Shown here: positions 13,760 to 26,384 of the stretch, piece after piece
Numbering within the stretch: position 1 is the first letter of the stretch
How the letters are laid out: every line of letters starts with the position of its first letter
Origin: Octopus sinensis
Lineage: Eukaryota
Reading direction: 5' to 3'
Length of the DNA: 64,000 bases
Assembly: GCF_006345805.1 (NCBI RefSeq)
Contig: NC_042998.1
Location: 145,266,001-145,330,000 of the forward strand
Program-made: the position numbers and the translations under genes
The notes under the pieces: generated by a model
Databases searched by the model: none
What the model was told of the DNA's origin: nothing
Seen by the model: only the letters and a program-made list of their open reading frames with translations

Positions 13760-14625
13760 ATAGTAGCAAGGAGAATTCAAAAAACGACAAAGAGAGTTGG
13801 AATGGTAAAACCAATTCAAGCACCAAACAGAGGACGTGGGAAACAAAGAACGTCAACTGTGGCTGACAGATGGAGACCTGAAACAAGAAACTGAAGCGCT
13901 AGTTATAGCCGTCCAGGAACAAGTCAGTAAGACGAATTTCATAAAGGTAAATTTTGATAAAAAATCAATCAGTGAGTAAAGGTCGAATTTGTAGAGAAGG
14001 GGACGAAAGTATTAACCATCTCTTAAGTATATTCAGCATACGAGTACAAAAAGAGTAGACATGCAGGCATGATGGTATCGGGAAGATAGTGCAATGGGAT
14101 GTTAGTTGTGTGTGTGGATTCAAAGCGGAAGAAAACAGGTTTGAGCACAAGCCAGAGGCTGTGATGTTGGATAAAAATGAAAGAATTTTTAGGGATTTCT
14201 CCTTAAAAACTAACCATACTATTGTAGTAAGGAGCTCGCTCATATATGATTATAGATGATAAAAGAAACAGCGTAAGATCTACTACTATTTGGTAATAGA
14301 GTGGTACCGAAGGAATTAAAAAAACAAATTGAGAGAAATCGGGACCAAGCCACCTAATAGACGATGAGATTGTGGAAGAATAAGATAACAATTATTCCTG
14401 TAGTAAATGGTGCACTTGGCACCACACCCAAAATGCGTCCAGAGGCTCAAAGATGCTGCAATTAAAACTCGCATAGTTGACCTGCAGAAAAGTGCAATTC
14501 TACATTTTTGCAAGCATTCTAAGAAAGATTCTTGAGAATTGAAGAGACTTGTTATCACCAAACCTCGGCATAACATGCCTGCCAATTAAATTAGTATATG
14601 GCAGATTTGGAATAATAATAATACT
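13760..14625 (+). mobile_element. 3' fragment of a second R4/Dong-type (RLE) LINE subfamily
   Basis: LWLTDGDLKQETEALVIAVQEQ, RICREGDESINHL, RHDGIGKIVQWD, HKPEAV, IPVVNGALG, DLQKSAIL; ends in aataataataat. Confidence 0.75.
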
Positions 14626-15025
14626 TTCTACTAGAGGCACAAAGCCTGAACTCTGTGGTGAGGGGGATAATCGATCACATCGACCCTAGTGTTTTACTAG
14701 TACTTAATTTTTCGACCCTGAAAGGATGAAAGCCACAGTCAACCTCGGCGGAATTTGAACTCACAAAGTAAAAGCGGACGAAATGCCGCTAATCTTTTTG
14801 CTTGGCATGCTAACGATTTTGTCAGCTCATCGCCTTTCTTTGAGATAATGATAAATGAGAATGATTTCTGATTTAAGCACAAAACCGATAACACTGCGGA
14901 GAGGGACTTTAGTCGATATCGATCCCACAGTAATGAAAGGCAAAGATGACATCGGCGGAATTTGATCTCTGAACGTAGAGTACCAAAGCAAATACTGCAA
15001 GGCATTTCGCCTAGCGTCCTTACTT
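14625..15025 (-). mobile_element. Two SINE family 1 copies
   Basis: gaaaggatgaaagccacagtcaacctcggcggaatttgaactc (about 14720) and gaaaggcaaagatgacatcggcggaatttgatctctgaacgtag (about 14935). Confidence 0.75.
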
Positions 15026-15091
15026 AAATAAAAAATTTGTGACATTTATGTGTTTTAACAACGGCCCTTGTCCAGTAAATCAAGTAATTAC

Positions 15092-15139
<48 letters not shown>

Positions 15140-15319
15140 CAGCAGCAAGTAAGTTATAGTAGTAATTATGATGATAATCAATAAGACAATAAACAAACAG
15201 CAGACAGACACACAGTGAATAAATTATAAAAAAAAAAGTGTCAAGCAACCCTTCTTGATATTTAAACTGAACTATAAGATCTGTTATGAAAGAAACCAAT
15301 AAGAGTAAAAAAACATCGA

Positions 15320-15690
15320 AAGAAAATAAAATAGAAATAAACGAGCATGACTGTGTGGTTAAGAAGCTCGCTTTGCAACCATGTGGTATCGGGTTCTGTC
15401 CCACTTCAGGGCACCTTAGGCAAGAATCTTCCGCTATAGCACCGGGCAGACCAAAACCATGTGAGTGGATTTTGTTGACTGAAATACACACACACACACA
15501 CATAAATATGTACATGCGTGTTTGGTGATGGTTTGTTTACCTCCTGTAACTTAGCGGTTAGATAAAAGTGACCGATAGAATAAGAACCGTCTGACTGGGG
15601 GCAATTAGTTCGATTAAACTCTTAAAGGTAGTACTCCAGTACGGCCGCAGTCCAATGACTGAATCAAGTAAAAGATAGATAAAAGAAAAA
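15320..15690 (+). mobile_element. Degenerate SINE family 2 copy
   Basis: ctgtgtggttaagaagctcgctttgcaaccatgtggtatcgggttctgtccc...gtaacttagcggtt...gaccgatagaataag...gcagtccaatgactgaatcaagtaaaaga; aligns with 36126-36594. Confidence 0.7.
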
Positions 15691-16209
15691 ATATAAACAA
15701 AACGAAACAAAAACAGAAAAAAAGGAAAACAAACAAAAACAAATCCTAAACAAACATCAAGGCAAAACACACACGCGCGCGCGTGCGCGTGGATGCAAAT
15801 ACACAACACCAGCAATCGTCAATCAAGAAAATCAGGGCAAAATAAGGCAGAACACTGGATGATCTGGAAATGATCAATAAAAAAAGAAGGAAAGCAAATA
15901 TAAAAATAAATAACTAAACAATAAAAACAAACAACAGCGCAACCAATAAAACAACAGCGTTAAGGCAAACTCTATAAAAAGGACACCTTTGATTTCTAAC
16001 TGAATTCTTTTGCGTTGTGCAGAAATTTTAGCTTTTCATCTTTTATTGGCGACAAACTAACTCCATTTTGGTTTGTCTTCTTCGTTTATTATCTTCCTTT
16101 CTGTTTTTACAAGACTGAAATTCTATTCCGTTCTTACTTCACCCTGCCGTTCGAATCATCCTTAATAATATACCTGTATCATAACTTGCATTCATATTTC
16201 TGCTGTTGC

Positions 16210-16344
<135 letters not shown>

Positions 16345-16357
16345 AATAATAATAATG

Positions 16358-16430
<73 letters not shown>

Positions 16431-16837
16431 TACATGCTGGTGTTTTCGTTTTTTCAGTGATGTTGTTATTGTTGCTGATGTAACCTTATTTTTTTTTATT
16501 GTAGCTGGCCGTGTGGTAACTATTGTTGAAGCTGGTATATAGTTAGGTTTTGTTGTCTTTCTTGTTCCTGCTGTGATAGTTGTTGTCATATATTAGGCCA
16601 TTGCATCCGTCACCGGCATTGCCGACATCATTGTTATCGCCGCTGTCATCATCGTCGTCATCATCATTATCATCGTCATCCTCATTGTCGCCATTGTTGT
16701 TGTCGTTGATGTTCTCATTGTCGTCGTCATCATCAGGATTCATAGAAATCCTTGTGACTGACAGCATCCACATATGCTTTTAATATATAAATAACAAAGA
16801 TTTTCCTTAGTGCTTATTATTATTATTATTATTATTA

Positions 16838-16891
<54 letters not shown>

Positions 16892-17145
16892 TGCTGTTGT
16901 TGTTTTTGTTGTTGTTGCTTCAGAAGTGTTGTTTTTATTGCGTGCTTTCATTGTACAACCGATCGCAGTTCTGTGTATCTATGGTATGTCACTGTTTTCG
17001 CTTGGATTGTATGTTTTATGGCTATTGAACATATTCTACATAGTATGTATCTACAGTGTTTAATAGTGCAATTTTCTGTATGGTATGGATATGTGTTAAC
17101 TGTTACGTTTTGATTAAATGGGTTTTAAATAACTCCCATGCCACC

Positions 17146-17212
<67 letters not shown>

Positions 17213-17309
17213 GAAAATGTTTTTGTTTTCATTCCCAACATACTAGTTATCTCTATTTCCAGATTTTTATATTTAGATGATTTCTCCAACACTTTTATAG
17301 ATAAATTAT

Positions 17310-19760
17310 TGAATGTTTAGACTAATACGTGGATTAGAAGGCCCTTCCTTTCTCGGTGGTCCTTGATAACAATTTCTGGTCGTTTAACCGTCAAATTCAT
17401 TCATATTCATGCATATGTGAGTTATTATATCCTAGATAACAGTCGCATAGTTATTCTCCATTTCTGTATTTATACCACCTCTTCTCTGGAGTACATCAAA
17501 TGCTAACATAATTACCAGTGTGTAAATTTTCAACACTGTCATGCTTATGGATACATAGTCTCTCAGCTAAGATTGGGCAGCCAGAGGTAATGTAGTTAAG
17601 TGTTTCTTCCAGACCTATACTTGATCGAATAGTTACTCAATGTAACTATATTGTATAGTAACTTCATGTAATTTCACAATGTACATTTACTTAATGTAAC
17701 TATATGGTATAGTGACTATTTTCTATAATTACTTCATGTAACTATATTTTATAGTTACTTAATGTACACTTAATGTAGTTATAGTGAATAGTTACTTAAC
17801 GTATTCTTCTTCTTTATAAGCATTTGGCAGATTTCTGGCAGGAAGGATTCGATTCTGTATCCTAATTAATCAATCTCAGCTTTGATAGCGGCACTTCTCA
17901 GACAGTACTGTAACTTTTCTCTGTCTCTTCCCCATTTGTTCAATTTTTTTTCTAATTACTGATCATGTAAGTAATTTTATTGTCATTGTTAAAACTAAGT
18001 TTTATCTTTTTCCATAATTTCTGGGTTTTTTTCCTCCGCTCGGTCTCTGTTTTTCCTTGAAAAACAACTATCATATGATAGTTTTTTCAGTAGCATAAGA
18101 CCTCAACCTTCCTGTATATAACCTAAATATAATCATGTGTTAGATTTTGAGACGTCTCCTATAGATGCAATCAATGTTACTTGCTTTTCTGATAACTTTT
18201 GCTAATTCATTTAGTGTCCATTGCAGTATAGCTAGATAATTAAATTCTATTAACTTATTTTATTGCATTTATCTTTGTATTAAATATTAACTGGCATAGC
18301 CTAATACATCTGCAATATTCCTTCGTTACATTTTCTTATGTTTAGAGATTGTTTACTGTCTATTTCATTAATTCGTAAATATTCGTAAGTTTAGCTCAAT
18401 TCTCTCATGTCTGTTTTTTTTTTTATCTAACATGACATTATTGTTCTTAATTTCTCTCTTTTCACTCCAAAGTTACCCGGCACATTTCCTTAACAATTCC
18501 GTCAGTAATTCATCCACTCGCTATGGCAGTCTTTCTTGTTGTTCCTTGTTTGCAAAGTAGACCTTTTAACCGCCCATATACAAAATATGGTTGATTGCCC
18601 TCCTATAGCGAGTCCTGTTTGATTTAACATGGCACTGCGTAAAGGTATTGAAGTTAAGCAAAAATAGGAAAGAGAGTAATATTCTCCTTTTAATAGAGAT
18701 GGTGGGGATTAGTTGTTATAGTACTCCTTGTTTATACTTGTTTTTCATTTACTCATAACGTGTTTGATGTGATAGTTTATTACTATTGGCTCTACCTTAC
18801 TTATGGCTAATATTTCCAGGATCAACACGTGACGAGCACTATCAATTCATGCCATGCTCAGATCTTTTTTTGTCTTTCTACAGTTTTCAGTTATGCATTT
18901 ATTGATCAGTAATTGATCTTCAAAGTCCTATGAGCCCTTGCAGCAACTCTTTTCCTCTTTTGAAGCGAATTGTGTTGTTTTTTCCCAAGTATTTATTTAT
19001 CCTCTGCGTTAATACTGCAGTTAAGGTTTTGTAGTCTATGAAAGCTTGTATGGGTGTATCGCTTTTATGGCATGAAGTTTCTGTAGTAGTGAGATTAAGA
19101 TGGATTATTTTTTTCGGTGAGTCAGTCAGATGTCGCTTCCGGTTCTTTCAGTATGCTATTAAATATTTTTATTATCACTTTATGTTTGTTAAAAGTTTCA
19201 ACTAGAAACCTGATGTTTTGTAATTTTCTAATGGCCTCCAGTTGTATACTTTTGATCTATCATCTGCGTTAATGCTGTAACTGGTATGGCCTCTTGTGAT
19301 TGTGCAGCTGCTGCGTATGCTCTTTAAAATATTCTCGCCCTTGAGGATTCCTTCGCTACTCATGCTCCTCCTCAGAATTCTTCAACTTCAACAGTTGTTA
19401 GTACTTCTTTAATTTCTATTTTAATTATACCGAATTCTCGAAAAATTACTTTTGAGTTGGAGTCGAACTGTTTGTTCAAAGAATTATTGTTGCTATCCAT
19501 ACAGATGTAATCATTGCGATTTAGCGAGAATCTTGATCCCAGTGATTTTTTTAACAAGAATTTCATTTTTTTATCTTGTTTTCTTTCTCTAGCATTTGTT
19601 TTCCAATTGTTTCTTTCCGTTATTGAATTCATGAAGGATCGAGAAATCTTGTTTCCCCTCTTTTTATCTGCGTGTTTCCTTCCCACGTTCTTTGAGTTTG
19701 ATATTCTAATATGAGTAAAAAGTATTCATTTTTCTCTGTAATTGGTACGGTTGAGGCAAA
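17310..19760 (-). mobile_element. Decayed R4/Dong-type LINE on the minus strand
   Basis: Minus-strand pieces YKTLTAVLTQRINKYL, DQLLINKCITENCRK, LRSAAIKAE, EETLNYITSGCPILAE, KRPEIVIKDH match the RT, zinc-knuckle and RLE regions of 27860-30210; (TTA)n lies just beyond its 3' end (17143-17210). Confidence 0.75.
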
Positions 19761-20311
19761 CATTATTTTGTTTAACCAGGTGATATAGAACGTCGGGTCT
19801 GTTTTACATTGAGTTTTCGGTGGCTAGGCAAGGATTTAAAGTTGTCGCCGTATAAATATAATTCTATTTGTCTATCTGAAGATCTATCAGCGGTATTTTT
19901 TGAAAAATATTTCCGCTTTTGGATTATTGTTATATTCATAATCTTTGTCTTTAGAATTTTCTCCTTACTCTTATATCTTTCTTATGCTCTCTTATATTCA
20001 TATTTTCTGGGTTTTTTTTATTCAACTCTTATTAATGATTAATGCGTTCAAGGATTTGGTTATGCTACATTTTATCGTTTAATTCTGACCCAAGATTAAG
20101 TGTCTGAGCGATCGGACAAGCATACTGTTTTATTTCTTTAACTTACGCAGTTTCTCCTTAAATCCGCAATATCTAATGCCCCACTGTTTTCGCTTACAAC
20201 TGACTCACAGAGCTCATTTCCAATTACTTAAACCAAATTCTCTCAGCCTTGGATGCTTCCCTCTCGCTCTCTGTGTCTATAATCTCCGTATATATATATA
20301 AATATATATAC

Positions 20312-20373
<62 letters not shown>

Positions 20374-20418
20374 TGATTAATAATAAATTCTCATATATTC
20401 CATCTTCTATCTTTCATT

Positions 20419-20448
<30 letters not shown>

Positions 20449-20452
<4 letters not shown>

Positions 20453-21225
20453 TAAGCAGAAAAAGGAGAAAATTCTTGATCAACAAACAAATTGTCTACC
20501 ATCAATTATTATTTTTAATACAACACTATCATTTCTAAGAGCCGTATCTGCTTCCAATGTCCGTCAGCGCTGCCAAAGAAAATTCTGAGAATAATATTCG
20601 TAATATTCTATAGCACATCCTATCTCGTACATGGAGCTTCATCAGAGTGAAGAAAAATACATAAGATAAAGAAGATAAGAAAAAAGCAAAAGGCCTCCAG
20701 ATGAGGAAAGAAGGCTTAGTATATTTGAATCATACCACTTTGCAGTGTAACTCTACAAATCGTTGGCAAATGACTAAACTAGAAAATTAACTGGTGGGTT
20801 AATCTTTCTTTAAGGGCAACAGGGTATATAAATAATGAAAAAAAATAAGTACTTTAGATTAACGGGATTCGCCAATAGGTCTAGAAAAAGAATAGTACTT
20901 AAGATTTCGTAAATAGTACTAATCAATATTTATCAAAGAAACATGCCCATAAATTAATTACTTTAATATACTTACTAATTATATTAAAGTAATTATCTTA
21001 TTTTATTTTATGTATTTTTCTTCACTCTGATGAAGCTCCATCACCCAGATCGGATGTGCTATAGAATATGACGAATATTATTCTCAGAATTTTCTTTAGC
21101 AGCGCTGACGGACATTGGAAGCAGAAACGGCTGTTAGAAATGATAAAGTTTCGTATTAAAAAATAATAATCGATGGTAGCCAATTTATTTGTTGATCAAG
21201 AATTTTCTCCATTTTCTGCTAATTT
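20449..21225. mobile_element. ~780-bp element with ~215-bp inverted terminal repeats (probable truncated PLE with inverted pseudo-LTR; family D)
   Basis: 20449-20664 is the reverse complement of 21008-21225; each arm carries CTGATGA; interior VNSTNQYLSKKHAHK weakly resembles the PLE C-terminus at 54415. Confidence 0.7.
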
Positions 21226-21389
21226 AAATTTGATTCCAGATAAACTTTGTCTATTTTGTTATTACCTGTATCCTATGAGCATAATATGCTTGCATATGTA
21301 TGCCCAGGGTTAACAGGAAATTTATACCGGTAGTAAAACGGATATTCTTATCCCTAAGACGCTTATTCCAATCGCTAACTCTACTAACT

Positions 21390-21465
<76 letters not shown>

Positions 21466-21640
21466 ATGTGTATATATATATATATATGTATTTATATATT
21501 TATGTATATGTATATATATTTATGTATATATGTCTGTATGTCTGCCTGTGTGTATGTATGTATGTGTGTATGTATGTATGCATGTATGTATGTATGTATG
21601 TATGTATGTATGTATGTATGTATGTATGTATGTACTACAG

Positions 21641-21854
21641 TATGGACCTAAAGAGCGAACAGGGAATCTCCGACCTTAGGCTGGTGCCGGTCTGCAAGTA
21701 TTTTTTACAGCTGTAAAGAACCAGCCTAAGGAAATTAACTGACCCCAACGGTTTTCTGCTTTCAGTTTGAAGCGAAGTTATATGCCCACAGCAATCGGAG
21801 TCTGACGAGTCGTCTATATTGCTAAGCGCTCTTCTTTTTCGGATATATGACCAC
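21641..21854 (+). repeat. Family E repeat, left arm of inverted pair (contains the 5' half of the hammerhead motif)
   Basis: Reverse complement of 23846-24047; GGAGT-CTGACGA-GTCGTCTAT at 21797-21817. Confidence 0.85.
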
Positions 21855-21882
21855 ATAGATGCACCCTGCATCTAAAGAATGA

Positions 21883-23805
21883 CATATTCTGGATTACATC
21901 CTTGTTAGGGTGCGTGACAGACAAGATGTGCAGTGTGTTCGTGTTTCTCGTGGGACTGAGTGTTGGACTGACCACCGCCTGGTAGTGCCAAAATGAAATT
22001 AATCACAAAACGTAAAATCCGGGCTGCCTAAAAGACTGAATGTTGCTCGTCTTAGGTGTAATAGTGTGAAGAGAACTTTACGAGAGGAAATGAATGTTGC
22101 AGATATGGGGAAGATTGGCCGACCCTTAAAAAGTTAGTTTATGATATAGGCAGTAAAGTTCTGGGATTGATACAAAGAAAACATCAAGATTGGTTTAAAG
22201 AAAACGATGAACATATAAATGATTTATTGGCTGATAAAAGACGTACTTTGTCACGCTATTTGTCAGCAAAGCTACAGGAGAAGAATGTGTTGCATAGGAA
22301 ACTCAAGGATGTGAAATCACGTGTGAGGCAGAGGCTCTCTCAGATGAGGGATTCGTGGTGGAGTAAGAGGGCTGATGAGATACAGGCGGCATCAGATTCC
22401 AATAACACAAAGCTGTTGTATGGTCTCTTGCGTGAATTTTATGGACCGACTTTTCTGATGACACCACTTAGAAGCAGGGATGGCAAAGAACTTATTCGTG
22501 ATTCACGGGGGATTCTGCGAAGGTGGCAAGAACATTTTGATGAACTTTTGAATCTGCAGTCTGTAATTAGCGAGGATGTTCTCAATCTCATCCTTGAATT
22601 ACCTGTGAAGGCGGCTCTCGCGGAACCACCAATGTTGGAAGAAGTTGAGGTAGCTCTCTCAAGGAAGAATAATGGGAAGTCTCCGGGTATGGATGGTATA
22701 CATGCGGAGTTGTTACAGCATGGTGGTGAGAAACTTCTGCAGCAATTTCACTCCTTGTTTGGCAGGATATGGGCTAGTGAATCTGTACCTGAGTACTGGA
22801 GAGATACAGCAATGGTGGTCTTATATAAAGGAAAGAGCAACAGGAATGATTGTGGTAACTATAGGGCAATATCATTGCTTTCTGTTGTAGGAAAGGTTTT
22901 ATGCAGGACACTTTTGGATCGCCTGCTGAAACACGTTGCAGATTGTGTTCTTCCAGAAAGTCAATCTGGCTTTCGTGTGGGACGCGGCACTGCTGATGTG
23001 ATCTTCTCAGTTAGACAGCTTCAAGAGAAGTGTGTGGAACAGGGTTTGGATTTATATCAGGTTTTTGTCGATCTGACAAAAACCTTTGATACCGTTAATA
23101 GAAATGCACTGTGGAAATTCCTCCAGAAACTTGGTTGTCCTGAAAAGTTCCTTGCTTTGGTTAGTTTTTTTCATGAAGACATTATGGGTAGGGTTAATGT
23201 TAGGGGTAAAATTCCGGAGCTCATCTCAATACAAAATGGAGTAAAACAAACCCTATTTACCATATATTTTGCGATGGTTTCCTGTATTGCGTTCGGAAAT
23301 TGCCGATATGGTGTTTACATCCATTATCGAACCTCTAGCAGAATATTTAATATCAATCGCTTTGCTGCAAAAACAAAGGTATTTACCTCTATCATAAGGG
23401 ACCTTTTGTATGCAGATGATTGTAATCTAGTAGCGCACACAGAGATTGATATGCAACACATTTTGAATGCATTTTCTGATGCTTATACTGATTTAGGATT
23501 GATAGTCAGTCTCAAGAAAACTTTTGTCATGTACCAACCTGTCCCTGGTGAACAGTATAGTAAACCAAATATCTATGTGTATGGTAAACGGCTTGGTGTA
23601 GTTGATAAGTTTGTATACTTGGGAAGCACTGTTAATAGATATAGCAACTTGGATAATGAAATTCCATACAGAATTAGGAAAGCAAGTGATGCTTTCAGAA
23701 GGCTAGAAAGGCGCCTCTGGAGTCAGCGAGACATATGCAGGAAGACAACAATAAAGGTCTACAAGGCATGTGTGCTTTCTTCTCTTCTTTATGCCTGCGA
23801 AACCA
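21883..23805 (+). mobile_element. Internal fragment of an RTE-clade LINE (APE C-terminus plus RT), non-functional
   Basis: HILDYILVRVRDRQDV...CWTDHRLV (APE end); ORF 22167-23879 with SPGMDGI, NYRAISLL, QSGFR, FVDLTKTFDTV, LLYADD, FVYLGS, LLYACET. GVKQ-TLF lacks the GCVLAP of the motif. Truncated at both ends, no 3' tail. Confidence 0.92.
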
Positions 23806-23845
23806 GTGTAAGTAAACATTCAAACTATATTTATATATATTGTCA

Positions 23846-24047
23846 GTGGATCATATATCCGAAAAAGAAGAGCGTTTAGCATTATAGACGACTCGTCAGA
23901 CTCCGATAGGTGTGTGTATATAATCTCTCTTCAAACTGGAAGTAGAAAACCGTTACGGTCAGTTAATTTTCTTATGCTGGTTCTTTACAGTTGCAAACCA
24001 GAACCAGCCTAAGGTCAGAGATTCCCTGTTCGATCTTTAGGTCCATA
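23846..24047 (-). repeat. Family E repeat, right arm of inverted pair
   Basis: Reverse complement of 21641-21854, including the same aberrant junction (cttctttttcggatatatga). Confidence 0.85.
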
Positions 24048-24195
24048 AGATTTGCTGACCGGACCGGTCTGAGGGCGATAACTCGTCCTGTTTCAGGTGC
24101 AGACAATGTATATTAATCTTTTATTTACAAATTAAATGAGTATAACGGTTTTCTACCTACAGTTTGAAGAGAGTTTTTATGCCCGCGGCCATTTT

Positions 24196-24257
24196 AGTCT
24201 GAGACGAGTCGTCTATAAAGCTAAGCGCTTTATGGATGCGAAGCCTTTGGTCACTCT
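24196..24257 (+). ncRNA. Degenerate type I hammerhead ribozyme (family E)
   Basis: agt-CTGAGACGA-gtcgtctataaagc-taagc-gctttatggatgc-GAAGCC-ttt-GGTC-actct; all three helices form, but the core has a 2-nt insertion and GAAG for GAAA. Confidence 0.65.
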
Positions 24258-24378
24258 ATAACCGGACATGTATTTAACTTTGTATGTATGTATGTATGTA
24301 TGTGTATGTATGTATGTATGTATGTATGTATGTATGTATGTATGTATGTATGTATGTATGTATGTATATGTATGTATG

Positions 24379-24525
<147 letters not shown>

Positions 24526-25344
24526 ATATATATATAAATATCGTCTATGGTATAAAGTACTCTGACAGTTAACACTAAATAGATTTCCGTGACTGGCAGG
24601 GTGTTCGACAGACAAGGCATTGAAGCTGGTCATCTGGAATGCACTTCTAGTAGTTTATGTGTGCATTACCCCATAGCAGCGTGAGATATGCATAATTCAT
24701 GCATAAGGAACATTTAAAGAAGGAATGAGAAACACACGCAATACTAGTGTTCATCATGAATCTTAGAATAATCCAGTACCTACAATAACAATGTCTGATT
24801 GTACGGTGTAAGTTGTTGACATTCTCCTTTAGTTTTGATATTCACCTGAGTGCTAACATCTCGTTACGTCATACGAATTACACACTGCAGGTATCTCCTA
24901 GGTATCCTTTCAGAGCAATAGCCACTGTATTCAGACAAGCATTGTCTGTTCAACACTGTTATAGCACCATTTCAACACAGTCACTAGTAATATGGTCAAT
25001 ATCATTTCTATAAGAATCCGTTTTTTTTATTTATACATATGTGTGTGCGTGTGCATGTGTGTATGTGTGTGTGTCTTTGCGTTTTATGTCTGTTAGCTTC
25101 CTCATCACCACTTGACAACCGGTATTAGTGTGTTTACGCCCCCCGTAAGAGACCGATAGAGTAAGTACTAAGCTCAAGAAATAAGTCCGGAGGTCGATTT
25201 GTTCGACAATGACCCTTCAAAGCAGTACTCCAGCATGGCAGTAGTCAAATGACCAAAACAAGTAAAAGAATAAAAGAATCTTTGTGGAATCGGTTTTACA
25301 TGGAAATAATATATGTTGAATGTTGAGGTCGGAGTTTATAAGCT

Positions 25345-25770
25345 GTTTCAAATTTTGGCACAATGTTAGCAATTTAGTGGTCGTGGTTGAAGGGGTTAAC
25401 CGATTAAACCGACACCAGTGATTGGCTGGTACTTATTTTATCAACCTTGAACGAATGAGAAGCAAAGTCGACCTCAGCGTCATCTGCACTCAGAACGTAG
25501 AATGTCATCAAGGATTTTCTACAGGCGTGCTACCGATTTTGCCAGCTCATCAGCCTAATATTAATAATAATACTTTCTACTAAAGGCACAAAGCCTGGAA
25601 TTTTGTGGGAGGGGATGAGTCAGTTACATCGACCCCAGTGTTTCACTGGTACTTAATTTATCAGCCCCGAAAAGATGAAAGGCAAAGTCGACCTCGGTGG
25701 AACGTAGCGACGGGCGAAATACTGCTAAGCATTTCGTCCAGCGTGCTAATGATTCTGCCAGTTCGCTGCC

Positions 25771-25772
<2 letters not shown>
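25345..25772 (-). mobile_element. Two SINE family 1 copies
   Basis: gaatgagaagcaaagtcgacctcagcg (about 25455) and gaaaagatgaaaggcaaagtcgacctcggtgg (about 25670). Confidence 0.75.
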
Positions 25773-25826
<54 letters not shown>

Positions 25827-25830
<4 letters not shown>

Positions 25831-26285
25831 TAATAATAATAATAATACATGCCCAATCGACATAAATATATCTGTCAAGACCTACCAAAAATTGAGCAAG
25901 TATAAAGATCTTGAAATAGAAATTGGCAAAATGTGGAAACTCAAGACTAAAACAATACCCGTTATCATAGGTACCCTAGGAATGATAGCAAAAGAGGCTG
26001 ATTTCTACCTACCTAAGATATCAGGAAACCCCCAAATGGCAGAAATTCAAAAGATAGTGCTCATTGGAACTGCTCATATCCTACGTAAAATACTGTCTAT
26101 GTAATCTCAAATTTTAAAACAATCTTATGATTTTCTTATATTTTCCTAAAACATTGAATACTATGTGCAAAACCAAAAATATGGCAGCCTAGGTATAGCA
26201 CCTACTTGAACGTCTAACTTGTTGTCTCTTGAGGTCTCTGGGTGAGTCTTGGAGTCAACTTGTACAAAGCAAAAGTCAAACATAA
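25827..26285 (+). mobile_element. 5'-truncated R4/Dong-type LINE (third 3' UTR type), flanked by (TAA)n
   Basis: KLSKYKDLEIEIGKMWKLKTKTIPVIIGTLGMI...QKIVLIGTAHILRKILSM*; (TAA)n at 25773-25826 and (GAT)n(TAA)n at 26297-26382. Confidence 0.85.
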
Positions 26286-26317
26286 TAATACTGATAATGA
26301 TGATGATGATGATGATG

Positions 26318-26382
<65 letters not shown>

Positions 26383-26384
26383 TA

